Source: an uncultured delta proteobacterium (GTDB taxonomy: Bacteria; Desulfobacterota; Syntrophia; Syntrophales; UBA2185). Taken from it: a stretch of 64,000 nucleotides of DNA. The position numbers and the translations under genes were made by a program. The stretch spans positions 96,001 to 160,000 of the forward strand of contig CAVSPA010000005.1 in assembly GCA_963729715.1 (NCBI GenBank), read 5' to 3'. Numbering within the stretch: the first letter of the stretch is position 1; every line of letters starts with the position of its first letter. The notes below the pieces were generated by a model, which was not told the DNA's origin, ran no database searches, and was given only the letters and a program-made list of their open reading frames with translations. Positions 43,293-52,305 of this stretch are shown here, piece by piece.

Positions 43293-44073
43293 CTTATTTG
43301 CGGGATCTTCAATTTTGTTTGCTAAATATCTTTCAACTTCAGGGGAATAATAGTTAGTCTCGTGACCCGTATTATTGACGTCAGACTGAAACTTATTTGT
43401 TCCACCTTTTTCGTAAGTCCAAATCATGCCATCAATCTTAGATGTAAATCCTCTAAGATAGTATTTAGGGACATAATGGTCACCCATGATTTATCAAATT
43501 TTCCTTCATTATTTTGTTCGGCAATTAATATGCTAACAACGCTTTTTCCAATAATATGAGAATTATCATATCACATGTTTTTTCTTTCCAAAAGGAGAAC
43601 ATTATATAATTACTAATGATTATCGTTCGCAATGTTGAATGGATAGGTAAAAAAAAGATATGCAACACTTAAGGAAGAACTATATAAAATAGTATTTTCA
43701 AGAATACATACAAAAGGACGCTTTTCTCCACAGCCAGTATTTTTAAGAAAATATATTTAAGAGTCTACGCAGTCTCTTAAAAATGCCTTTTTTAGCCTTT
43801 AAATAATGGCTTCTTCTTTGTGAGAGAGTTTTTTATAATCTTGACAGACATCCATACTTTCGAATAGTAATCTGTAACATACAAAAGTTTGAATATGAGT
43901 GTTCATCAATGAATGTCTATAAATCCCCTTAATTGAGACGGAATGATACTATCTCTTTAGTAAATGAGTTGGGATGTTATATGGATCCGCATAACATCCC
44001 AACTGAAAAATATAAAAATGGTCGATAATGCTTTATTATTATATTATAAAATATGAAACATAAAGTATATTCG

Positions 44074-44141
44074 CGGGGTGTTATGCCGCAATTTTTGCGG
44101 TGTTTGGGTTTTTATGCGGATCCATATAAACACTGTTGGAT
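44074..44141 (+). other. attI-like site heading a rightward cassette array
   Basis: CATATAA-N5-GTTGGAT (GTTRRRY) core with upstream TTATGC direct repeats, followed by RBS and gene. Confidence 0.5.
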
Positions 44142-44164
44142 CGCCAAAGGAGGCTATATTGGCC

Positions 44165-45028
44165 ATGACACTAAAAGATGATTTGCTGCCGACAGGGAAG
44201 AATCGCGTTATTGACTTAGTTAGCGCTGCCGGTGTCGATGTGTCAGACTGGAGCCACTACAAGCGAGGCTCAAAATGGGCGGCAGCCAATCCGAAGTACT
44301 GCTATGAATGGTCTTTCGTCGAGCCAGGAATAGTAGTTGTGCTAAACCTCTGGTATGCAAACGTCGATGAGCGGAACGGTGTCGTGTCCGTCGTTACCAA
44401 CATGCGGGAGGCCAGTAAGCAACTTGTGACGAACGGGGCGAAGGATGTATGGATCAAGCGTGCTGAGAAGATGGACGAAGCCATACAGGTTGCAATTCGC
44501 GATGGTCTGAAGGTGCGTGTCATTATCAATGATGGCGAGATGCGTGATTCGAACGATCCCAAGGCAAAGGCCTCGGTCGTCAAGCATCGCCACCTTGATC
44601 CGATCCCTTGGACTATCAAGTCATACGACGCGTCGACTGGTCAGTGCATTCTCGTGCGTGGAGGAGATGCTGTTACGTCGATAGACCAATTCGACGTTGC
44701 TTCGCCATCAACACCGGACCCCGAACAAGTGGATGTACACGGAAAGGCGTTCGTCCGAAGTGCGGCTGTCCGTGCCGCGGTTTTGGCCCGCGCCAAAGGT
44801 CGATGTGAATACTGCGGGAAGCCGGGTTTCGCCACTACGCTTGGCGAAGTGTTTCTTGAGACTCACCATATCGTCCCGTTTTCTAAAGGGGGCAAAGACA
44901 TGATCTCCAACGGGGCAGCGGTTTGCCCAAACCATCACAGAGAAGCACACCACGGCGCCAAGGCCGCGCTGATTCGTGACCACCTGCTTGAGGTCGCAGC
45001 AATCAGCATTGTGGAGAAGGCAGTCTAA
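44165..45028 (+). CDS. HNH endonuclease (gene cassette)
   Basis: C-terminal CEYC...LETHHIVP...GG.D...N...CPNHHREAH; GGAGG RBS before ATG 44165; stop lies within the attC R'' box. Confidence 0.88.
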   Translation: MTLKDDLLPTGKNRVIDLVSAAGVDVSDWSHYKRGSKWAAANPKYCYEWSFVEPGIVVVLNLWYANVDERNGVVSVVTNMREASKQLVTNGAKDVWIKRAEKMDEAIQVAIRDGLKVRVIINDGEMRDSNDPKAKASVVKHRHLDPIPWTIKSYDASTGQCILVRGGDAVTSIDQFDVASPSTPDPEQVDVHGKAFVRSAAVRAAVLARAKGRCEYCGKPGFATTLGEVFLETHHIVPFSKGGKDMISNGAAVCPNHHREAHHGAKAALIRDHLLEVAAISIVEKAV

Positions 45029-45076
45029 CAAGTCGCTGCAACCGATGGCGCACTCCGGTTGAGTTTTTCGTTAGGG
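45023..45076 (+). other. attC site
   Basis: GTCTAAC-N5-GCTGCAACCG...CGGTTGAGT-N5-GTTAGGG, with one extrahelical base in L''. Confidence 0.8.
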
Positions 45077-45091
45077 AAAGGAGGATCAATC

Positions 45092-45403
45092 ATGCAGAAT
45101 GTCGCACAAGCAAATTCCAATTTAGTGGTCACACTGTACTTCGCTATGAAAATACTTCCGATGATAATTTCTGGAATATGTATTTATCTTGGCTATAAAC
45201 TGTTTATTTTAGGCGTTACTGGACAGGCTAGCATCAGTGTTCAATCCAATACCGTTAGCGGCCAATTACTCAATGCAGCGCCTGGGCTATTCTTTGCGGT
45301 TGGCGGTGTTGTCGCTTTGATATTCTCTATAAGTAAAGGTGTGCAAATTGGCTTTAATAACAGTGATGGCTCAGGCATTGATATTCAAACTTTGCGCAGG
45401 TAG
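45092..45403 (+). CDS. Small two-TM membrane protein (gene cassette)
   Basis: Two hydrophobic segments; AGGAGG RBS; cassette start GTTAGGGAA is the exact complement of downstream TTCCCTAAC. Confidence 0.75.
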   Translation: MQNVAQANSNLVVTLYFAMKILPMIISGICIYLGYKLFILGVTGQASISVQSNTVSGQLLNAAPGLFFAVGGVVALIFSISKGVQIGFNNSDGSGIDIQTLRR

Positions 45404-45408
45404 CAATT

Positions 45409-45463
45409 CCCTAACCCGGCGCTCAAGCGAATATCATATGAAGTATAGCATTATGCTACGCTT
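45409..45463 (+). other. Truncated attC site
   Basis: CCCTAAC-CCGGC-GCTCAAGCG...CGCTT; no recognisable R' box. Confidence 0.6.
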
Positions 45464-45544
45464 CAACGGCCAGCCATAGTGAGTCCGAATGAAAGCGCCT
45501 CATTATGCGGCACGATTTGCTCTCGTACATTCGAAATGCATCAG

Positions 45545-48500
45545 TCATATCGGCTCCGTAAGTGTAATCTGCGGCCAGGGAACTCCCGTTGTAATATTGG
45601 GATGACGTGGTTCGGACTCGACGTGTCCATAATCGTCCCGAATTTCATCTATGACGGTCAGGCACTCGGTCGCAAGCCGAGATTCCGCAGGGCTACCGTT
45701 CACCACCATATCAAAAAGATTTTCCCTAAGTTCAGTTGCAGGCAAACTATATAATTGCTGCATTCCGGATGACTCTATTGGAGTCCGACCAACGAGCAAA
45801 TGGCGCAGCGCCGTATATAGTGTGGTATCTCGGAATCGCTTATCTTGTGCTGCGCCAACGCGAACAAGAAGTAACACCCCGTCTGCATCTGCCGCATTTG
45901 CAATGGCGTTCTCAAGTATTGACTTAGCAGAACTGTCGGTAATTCGTTGGAACCGTTCATATACGTCTTGACGAAACTGCCCATGGGAATTCACTAGGGC
46001 CGTGAGTCTATTGCCGAAATCCATCCTATCGTGGCTTCCACGTTTGCCAGATAACGATGCATTGCAGACTAAGTCCAGCAATATTCTGGCAGCCGTCAGG
46101 GTATTGCGTTTGGTCAGTGCCTCCAGCCATTCATGCTCATTGAGAAATCGCTCATCTCTCTTTGCCAGTTCGCTAAGGATGTTCTCAGCTTCGATGGTCG
46201 GCGCATAGCTTAATGCAGAAAGCAACCCACGAAGCTTCCAAGGCACCAAATAACGGTCTTCCAAACGGGCGAGCACATCCAAAATGGAACTGGGCGTTTC
46301 CGTGAATGGTAAAAGCCTTAACCACGCATCCAGACGCCATCCATCTTGTTCCTGAAGCATCCACGGATTCGTCTTCGCGTTTTCCAAAAGCTCATCAATA
46401 CCCTGAAGAACAATCTCAGAAGAAATCACTTCTCGAGAAAGCACGAGGACATTTAGAAGCACTTGCTTTTCAATGGCAGGGAGTGGCAATTTTAGCAATG
46501 ATCGAATCATATCGGCTTTATCAACATAGGGCATGCTGAATGCAACAGTTGCAAGCTTTAGAGCATGTCTGTAGTCATCTTGTGCATCCGATTTGATGAG
46601 ATCATCGACCACGGCTAGGATGTCATTGACGAATGCCTGCGTCTCAACTCCGGTCCCGGGTTGACGCTTTGTGTATTCACTTGATACTACTGAAAAGTCG
46701 GGCCATGATCTAATGAAACCTCTGTCTTTCTTGACAGGTTGCGATTTCATCCAGACAGCTTTGAGGACGTAGGCAGCATCAACACCGAAGTCATGGTTTG
46801 ACAGATAGGCTTTCATTATTCGTACAGTCTGATCATCACCAATAGCGGCGAAGGCGCGTCCGTACTGGGGGGTCCAAGACATCTGTGCGTCGTTCCGAAT
46901 ATGACGACCGGTCTTTCGCGCATCCAAAAACTCTTTCATGGCTCGTTTTCGCCGTTCCAGGTCTTCCGACAGCAGTTCCTGAAGCACAGGCACGAGCGCA
47001 GGCGATTCAAGTCGTTCTGCAGCTTGTGCTATCTCAGCAAATTGTGCACGCGTAGCCTCAGGGGAAGCGAGGAGGGTTTGTGCCCACTGCAGGACGGCAG
47101 TGGTCGCATGGTCATACGCAGTAGCGTCAAGTCCGAGTGATTGCTGTTCGACGCTCCCTCCATGCCGGAATATGAGGTCAGCGAGTATGGCAATTTCGTC
47201 TGGCCTTTCAGTTGCTGCATGTTCAAGAAGAGCCTGAATGAATGAATTGGGTTTGGTATTCCAAATCCAACGGCACAGCCTGTGATATTCATCGCTCAGT
47301 GCCTTATCGTATCTACCGTTGTTATCTTTTATCTTGCTGTGTATACTGAATACCTGATCGATGAGTTGACCGATGCTTTTCGTCCCGATAATACTGACTG
47401 CTGATTCTGCTCCCTTATCCTCACCCGAACTGCGTAAGACACGTTCTACAAGCGGCCCCTCGTCAATGACTAAATCGGATTTCTTCAGTAATTCGTTGGT
47501 TCCGAACGGCACTGGCCTCCCACTTTCAAGCAGCGACACGAAAGCACCGACTACATCCTCAGGGTATAACTCATACGTCCGATGAACGAGCCATGTATTA
47601 TCCTGTGCCTTATCCGAAAAATCTATTTTCTCAATGAGCTCAACAATCTTCGTACTCGTTTCAGGATTGCGAACATTCGAATTCAAGAGCATATTTAGAA
47701 TTTTCCGAGTATCCGTTTCTGCAGCAAGAAGGTCATTAGCTTCTTTTGCCATCCGTGCCGATACTTGCGGATCAGCGAATTCATGGGGGTACCACTTTGT
47801 GGCTAGGGAACGCCAAACCTCATCAGGAGCGGTCTTGAGAATATCTTTTGCGAAGCGATCCGCGCGTCTGAACAGCAGAGATTCGATAACGGATTTTTTG
47901 ACCTCTGAACTCGCATCGTTCTTGGCTAGGTGTGTGGCAAAGTCAATACCGTCCATGCCGCCATTGCTCGCGATCTCTGCAATCACGTTCACCCTTACTT
48001 TCTCGGGAAGTAGCGCGATTTGTTTCTGCGCATCTGAACCAAGGACACTCACACGAAATTTTCGTCCAGACCGCAGAGCGTGAAGATGTATCTGGTCATT
48101 TGGGTCCGAAATCAAAGGCCAAATATATTGCGAAAACTCGGCCCGGCCTGTTTCAATCATAAACTGTACGGCACGGTCCACGCACCCTTCGGTGTGCCAT
48201 TTCCTGGCAAAGGATATGGTATTATCCCTGATCTGCTTCCACACTTTATCAGATGAACGATAAATCATTTCCGCTGAAAGCAAAGGATCGATTCCTAGTG
48301 TTTCAAGAATAATGCTTGATACAGCCTTAATACTGTCTTGATCCGCACGGGATAAACGGTCACATGCAAAAAGGACCGCTTCTTCCCAAATAGGAATGTC
48401 AAGCACTTCTTCTCTCAACGTCTTCTTGGCTTTGTTATCACCCGACGCAGCAGAGAGCATCAGTTGCTGTACCCAGAACGATGCATACCATTCCTGGAAT

Positions 48501-49933
48501 TGCTGGTGCTGGAACGATACACCACCCGATTCTGCTTCTGACCGAACGAGCATATGCGCATTCACTAGTGTATCAAGCACCATCATAGGTTGAAGAAGCT
48601 GCGAGATTTGCTTGTCGGCCTTAAGATGCTCTTGCACAGTATTGACTACGGTGCGGGCCTGGGCATCGGAAAGCACTATGGTCTCCTGACGTGTGGCTTC
48701 ACCGGCTATGGCTTCCAGAAAATCACTATGGAAACCTTGGAGTGCTTCTCGGAGCGTTATTAATTTATCCTTGTCTCGCTCCAGTTCCTTGACAAAAGAT
48801 CGCAATATTTCTTCTTTGGTTGTCGGAAGCGACCCCCCTGGCGTTTGTTTCAGCAAGGCTGTCAGGTAAAGCGGGATCGCTACCAATTCCCTAAGACCGG
48901 GCGTTCGCCAAGCATGGTCCATCAGGGATACCCCATCCGAACCACGTAGCGCCTTCGCGATATCCAGTTGCTGTTCTTCTGACAGTACGTCCACTTCGAC
49001 AACAGGTCCTTTGATCGGGATATCAAACTCCTTATGCCTTGAACTGACAACCAGACGTATTTCGGGGAAGTCTCGCCGGAGAGATTTAATGTCGTTGCGT
49101 ACACGTCGTTTGGATGCTACATCCAACTCATTCCATCCATCCAGAATAAGCACCAACCTTCCATGCTTGGCGAGCATATCCAATTGACATTCTCTTGCAT
49201 CCCGAAACGACGCTCGTTGCAGGAGCGACTGAAAGAAGGTGTCGGAACGGGTTGACCACTCACTCAGTGGAACAAACGCAGCGACAGACGAGGCTTTGTT
49301 AAGAATTGCCTCCGTCACTTGTAGAAGCGTCGTTGTCTTTCCAGTGCCGGGCGGAGCTATAACAGCGATTTCATCAAATACTTCGATCGCTGAGGCCAAG
49401 CCGGAAGCCGTAAACACATCCGCGCTCTCCCCATCCACCATCTTGAGAGCAAGAGCTATGGCATGCGATGGCCATCCGGGCATGCGCTGGAAGGCCGATA
49501 AGTCTAATCTGGAGTAATCAATAAGTAGATCGGTGGCCGTTTGAACATCTCCATCATCCGTGAGGAGCGTTCCGACTGGACTCGGTTTGGAGGAAGCAAC
49601 CTCTAGGAAAGACCTGTGTTCGGCTATTCTCTTCCAGGAAACCAACTCATTGATCGTAAAATGCGCATCATCGGAATCAACCAGCTTCGCGTGAGTCCCG
49701 CAGAGCCAGATACCGTTGGAATGGTTCTTGCGTTGATCGCTCGTTAAGTTTGGATCGTAACGTGGCCCACCAAGGGACGCGGCGGTTATGTGAGCTGCAA
49801 AACCGACGTTGATTGTTCCTTCGTCATCGGACGCGGCTCCTCTCGTCGGGATTCCGCAATCAGGCTTTGAGCATCTGTACCCCGCGCGCTGTGCTATCAA
49901 TTCCTTAGTTTTCGGCGTAAATTCGTCTCTCAT
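45545..49933 (-). CDS. NACHT/STAND NTPase with N-terminal HNH-like domain and C-terminal helical repeats
   Basis: RCSKPDC...AAHI...GGPRYD...NGIWLC..H; APPGTGKTT; LILDGWNE; SFQHQQFQEW. Confidence 0.85.
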   Translation of the reverse strand: MRDEFTPKTKELIAQRAGYRCSKPDCGIPTRGAASDDEGTINVGFAAHITAASLGGPRYDPNLTSDQRKNHSNGIWLCGTHAKLVDSDDAHFTINELVSWKRIAEHRSFLEVASSKPSPVGTLLTDDGDVQTATDLLIDYSRLDLSAFQRMPGWPSHAIALALKMVDGESADVFTASGLASAIEVFDEIAVIAPPGTGKTTTLLQVTEAILNKASSVAAFVPLSEWSTRSDTFFQSLLQRASFRDARECQLDMLAKHGRLVLILDGWNELDVASKRRVRNDIKSLRRDFPEIRLVVSSRHKEFDIPIKGPVVEVDVLSEEQQLDIAKALRGSDGVSLMDHAWRTPGLRELVAIPLYLTALLKQTPGGSLPTTKEEILRSFVKELERDKDKLITLREALQGFHSDFLEAIAGEATRQETIVLSDAQARTVVNTVQEHLKADKQISQLLQPMMVLDTLVNAHMLVRSEAESGGVSFQHQQFQEWYASFWVQQLMLSAASGDNKAKKTLREEVLDIPIWEEAVLFACDRLSRADQDSIKAVSSIILETLGIDPLLSAEMIYRSSDKVWKQIRDNTISFARKWHTEGCVDRAVQFMIETGRAEFSQYIWPLISDPNDQIHLHALRSGRKFRVSVLGSDAQKQIALLPEKVRVNVIAEIASNGGMDGIDFATHLAKNDASSEVKKSVIESLLFRRADRFAKDILKTAPDEVWRSLATKWYPHEFADPQVSARMAKEANDLLAAETDTRKILNMLLNSNVRNPETSTKIVELIEKIDFSDKAQDNTWLVHRTYELYPEDVVGAFVSLLESGRPVPFGTNELLKKSDLVIDEGPLVERVLRSSGEDKGAESAVSIIGTKSIGQLIDQVFSIHSKIKDNNGRYDKALSDEYHRLCRWIWNTKPNSFIQALLEHAATERPDEIAILADLIFRHGGSVEQQSLGLDATAYDHATTAVLQWAQTLLASPEATRAQFAEIAQAAERLESPALVPVLQELLSEDLERRKRAMKEFLDARKTGRHIRNDAQMSWTPQYGRAFAAIGDDQTVRIMKAYLSNHDFGVDAAYVLKAVWMKSQPVKKDRGFIRSWPDFSVVSSEYTKRQPGTGVETQAFVNDILAVVDDLIKSDAQDDYRHALKLATVAFSMPYVDKADMIRSLLKLPLPAIEKQVLLNVLVLSREVISSEIVLQGIDELLENAKTNPWMLQEQDGWRLDAWLRLLPFTETPSSILDVLARLEDRYLVPWKLRGLLSALSYAPTIEAENILSELAKRDERFLNEHEWLEALTKRNTLTAARILLDLVCNASLSGKRGSHDRMDFGNRLTALVNSHGQFRQDVYERFQRITDSSAKSILENAIANAADADGVLLLVRVGAAQDKRFRDTTLYTALRHLLVGRTPIESSGMQQLYSLPATELRENLFDMVVNGSPAESRLATECLTVIDEIRDDYGHVESEPRHPNITTGVPWPQITLTEPI

Positions 49934-50088
49934 GCAACCGTTCCGGCTCAGGAATTAAATCGAATCCCTCTTTGGAAATGGTTATGCGGTGAAGTATCAG
50001 GGAATTACTATTCTTGGCTTTACCCATAAGGACTACCTGGCAGGGAGAATGATTGATTTCTCGAGCTGCCGATTAACTGATCGAAAGG

Positions 50089-50147
50089 AAGTAACGAAAA
50101 GATCACTGGCACTAGGAACGGGCGTCCGGTGGAGTAACTGGTTGATA
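50089..50147 (-). other. Degenerate attC site (59 bp)
   Basis: Minus strand TATCAAC-N5-ACTCCACCGG...CCAGTGATC-N5-GTTACTT, just after the TOPRIM-like gene. Confidence 0.55.
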
Positions 50148-50181
50148 CTCGTAAGCATTTATTTATGATTCTTCTCGTTGG

Positions 50182-50661
50182 TCATATCTTAGATTTCCGT
50201 TCTAACAACTTTTTAATTCTAGTGTAAAATCGAGTATTTTTTGGTGTAAATTTTTTTTTCTTCATAACTTGAATAGCGTTCATTCTAATTTTTTCCTTTG
50301 GGAAAATTGGGCTCCATTTTGAAAGCTCAGGCATAAAATTGTTCAAACGACATATTTGGGCAATTTCCGCTTCCATCACGGGTATGGCAAATACAATATC
50401 AATGTTTTCATAATTCGATAGCTGAGATTTAATTCGCTTTACATTCACATTTTCGTCATCCATTTCACCATCAGAATCTAGTATCAGTAGAATTCTTCCA
50501 CCCTTTCTATGACGATAAGCAAGAGATATCGCCAACGAAATTGCTTCTGATTGGCCCCCACCAATTGGCACCACCATCCACTCATTTCTTGATATTTCTG
50601 TTTTGAATAAGTTTGCAATTAGAAGTGAATCTGTTTTGCCTTCAGTGATTATGTATTTCAT
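50182..50661 (-). CDS. Stand-alone TOPRIM-like protein
   Basis: IITEGKTD, PIGGG, LILDSD, P.ME motifs; 4-nt overlap with the upstream gene. Confidence 0.7.
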   Translation of the reverse strand: MKYIITEGKTDSLLIANLFKTEISRNEWMVVPIGGGQSEAISLAISLAYRHRKGGRILLILDSDGEMDDENVNVKRIKSQLSNYENIDIVFAIPVMEAEIAQICRLNNFMPELSKWSPIFPKEKIRMNAIQVMKKKKFTPKNTRFYTRIKKLLERKSKI

Positions 50662-51221
50662 CTTTTTATCTCCTGAAGAAAGGCCTTAAGGTGGTAGTCA
50701 AATACGCCTCTTTCGATAAGTGCGTTTACTTTTTTTTCCAGCAGCGCACGGAACAATTTGTTCTTTTTTGTCGCACTATTTATTGCGGTATCAATCTCAT
50801 CGCCTTGAAAAATTATAACATTCTTAGGTTGAAGGAATTTCATATATTCAAGTGCTGCTGTAGTTACTCCAGATTTTGCAATTATTAGCCCCATTGTGTA
50901 TGAGGGTCTAGCCTGCATTCTTATCATTAACTTAGCTATTGGCTCGATGTCGATTTTATCTTTTTTATAAAACTTTGACTCAACTAAAAATGGGATGTGG
51001 TTTAAATAAATAACACCATCGATTTGTTCTTTTTGTTGTGCAATAGGATAGCAGATATTTAAGCCAGATAATTCAAATAGTCGAATCATTAGATACTCGA
51101 ATTCAACTCCAACATTAGGAAAAATTCTTGTGGTGTAGCCATCTTTTGATATGTGTTTGAACTTTTTCTTCCCGTCACTAAAAGTGGCTACATCTGACAT
51201 TATTCTATCGCTTAGCTCCAT
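50658..51221 (-). CDS. Mrr-like PD-(D/E)xK restriction endonuclease
   Basis: GVEFEYL, EQIDG, LVESK, SGVTTAA; start uncertain. Confidence 0.75.
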   Translation of the reverse strand: MELSDRIMSDVATFSDGKKKFKHISKDGYTTRIFPNVGVEFEYLMIRLFELSGLNICYPIAQQKEQIDGVIYLNHIPFLVESKFYKKDKIDIEPIAKLMIRMQARPSYTMGLIIAKSGVTTAALEYMKFLQPKNVIIFQGDEIDTAINSATKKNKLFRALLEKKVNALIERGVFDYHLKAFLQEIKR

Positions 51222-51420
51222 AGAATAAATCCTTGCTGCAAATATGCATAACAATTAATATACGATGCCAACAGTCTAACGATGTCATGAAGAACTAACG
51301 CTGTCTGAGATCGCCTCCTATCCGGCGCCTGAGGCGAATCAGCATCTGAAAATTCTCGCCAGACTGCTGGCTCCTCAAAGCGGTGGCAACGCCATGATAG
51401 CCAGTGGGGCTCAAATAAAT

Positions 51421-51881
51421 TCATTTATTATCAACATTTATTGCCGGTTTTGCGTAACAGATCAAATATACCTCAATTAGGCCTTTTAAATCGGGATGAT
51501 TGGGGAATAAAAAAGTGACGTCAAACTTTGCCTCTTGAAATATCTTATGGACCTTTTCATCCAACCAATGTCTTTGATCGATTAATGTGCAATTTGGGAA
51601 TTTTGCATCATGCCCATCACGTTCCCATTCGAAATTAGTTCATATATGGTCCCAAAATCTCTGAACTACATTTCCTTTTCCTATATAAAGAATTTCTCCA
51701 TCCTCCATTGAAGAAAATATATACACCCCTCCTTCCGACTGCCTACAACGTCCTTATATATATCAGGAAATTTCCCGGCAGGAATTTTCTTACAGACCTC
51801 ACATTCAATCTTCTTTCCCATTAATTTAGCAATGGCATTTATAAAATCATTCAATACTTGCGGAACTTCTTTGATATTCAT
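51421..51881 (-). pseudogene. GIY-YIG nuclease pseudogene (frameshift + internal stop)
   Basis: After a frameshift near 51730 it reads GVYIFS...ILYIGKG...QRFWDHI*...LIEVYLICYAKPAINV. Confidence 0.75.
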
Positions 51882-52305
51882 TTTCCCCTTCTTTATCCGG
51901 GTGTATGGCTAACAATTAATATCCACACTTTGGTTAAATAGGAACAGCACCCGTTTCGCCCATCTTAGGCCTGTCACGGCGCAGCGATCTTTTACCAATA
52001 ATAATGCTCTCTTCATATGATAAAATCAAGTCATTACCCTTCGGTCAAATTCGGTCAAATATTGAATGCCGTTTGAAATGTAGCATCCTTGTCACCGTTG
52101 GAGAATTATTGAGTTCAGGAAGCTGTGCTTACAGAAAACATTGAACGAAACACCGTCAAAAGTCATCTTTTTAAGAAAATATTTTTAAGATTATCAGTAT
52201 TATCTTAAAAAAACTATTATAGACCATGCATCTACACTGTCCTGGATATAGAATGCATGATTCTGTATGACTATCTTCTTCTTTACGTCGGGTAGGCTTT
52301 TCTGT

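Larger units (their letters stand above)
41284..43487 (-). pseudogene. DUF4238 protein interrupted by IS256
   Basis: MGDHYVPKYYLRGF...EDPANK joins VIEKIRG...FLTCDNPV...FPIS in frame after IS removal (281 aa). Confidence 0.9.

Noticed and set aside
45443..45459. loxP-like GTATAGCAT sequence
   Set aside because: Only a 9-nt match without 13-bp arms; it lies in an attC loop.
52041..52060. TCGGTCAAAT tandem duplication
   Set aside because: Only two 10-bp copies with no supporting context.
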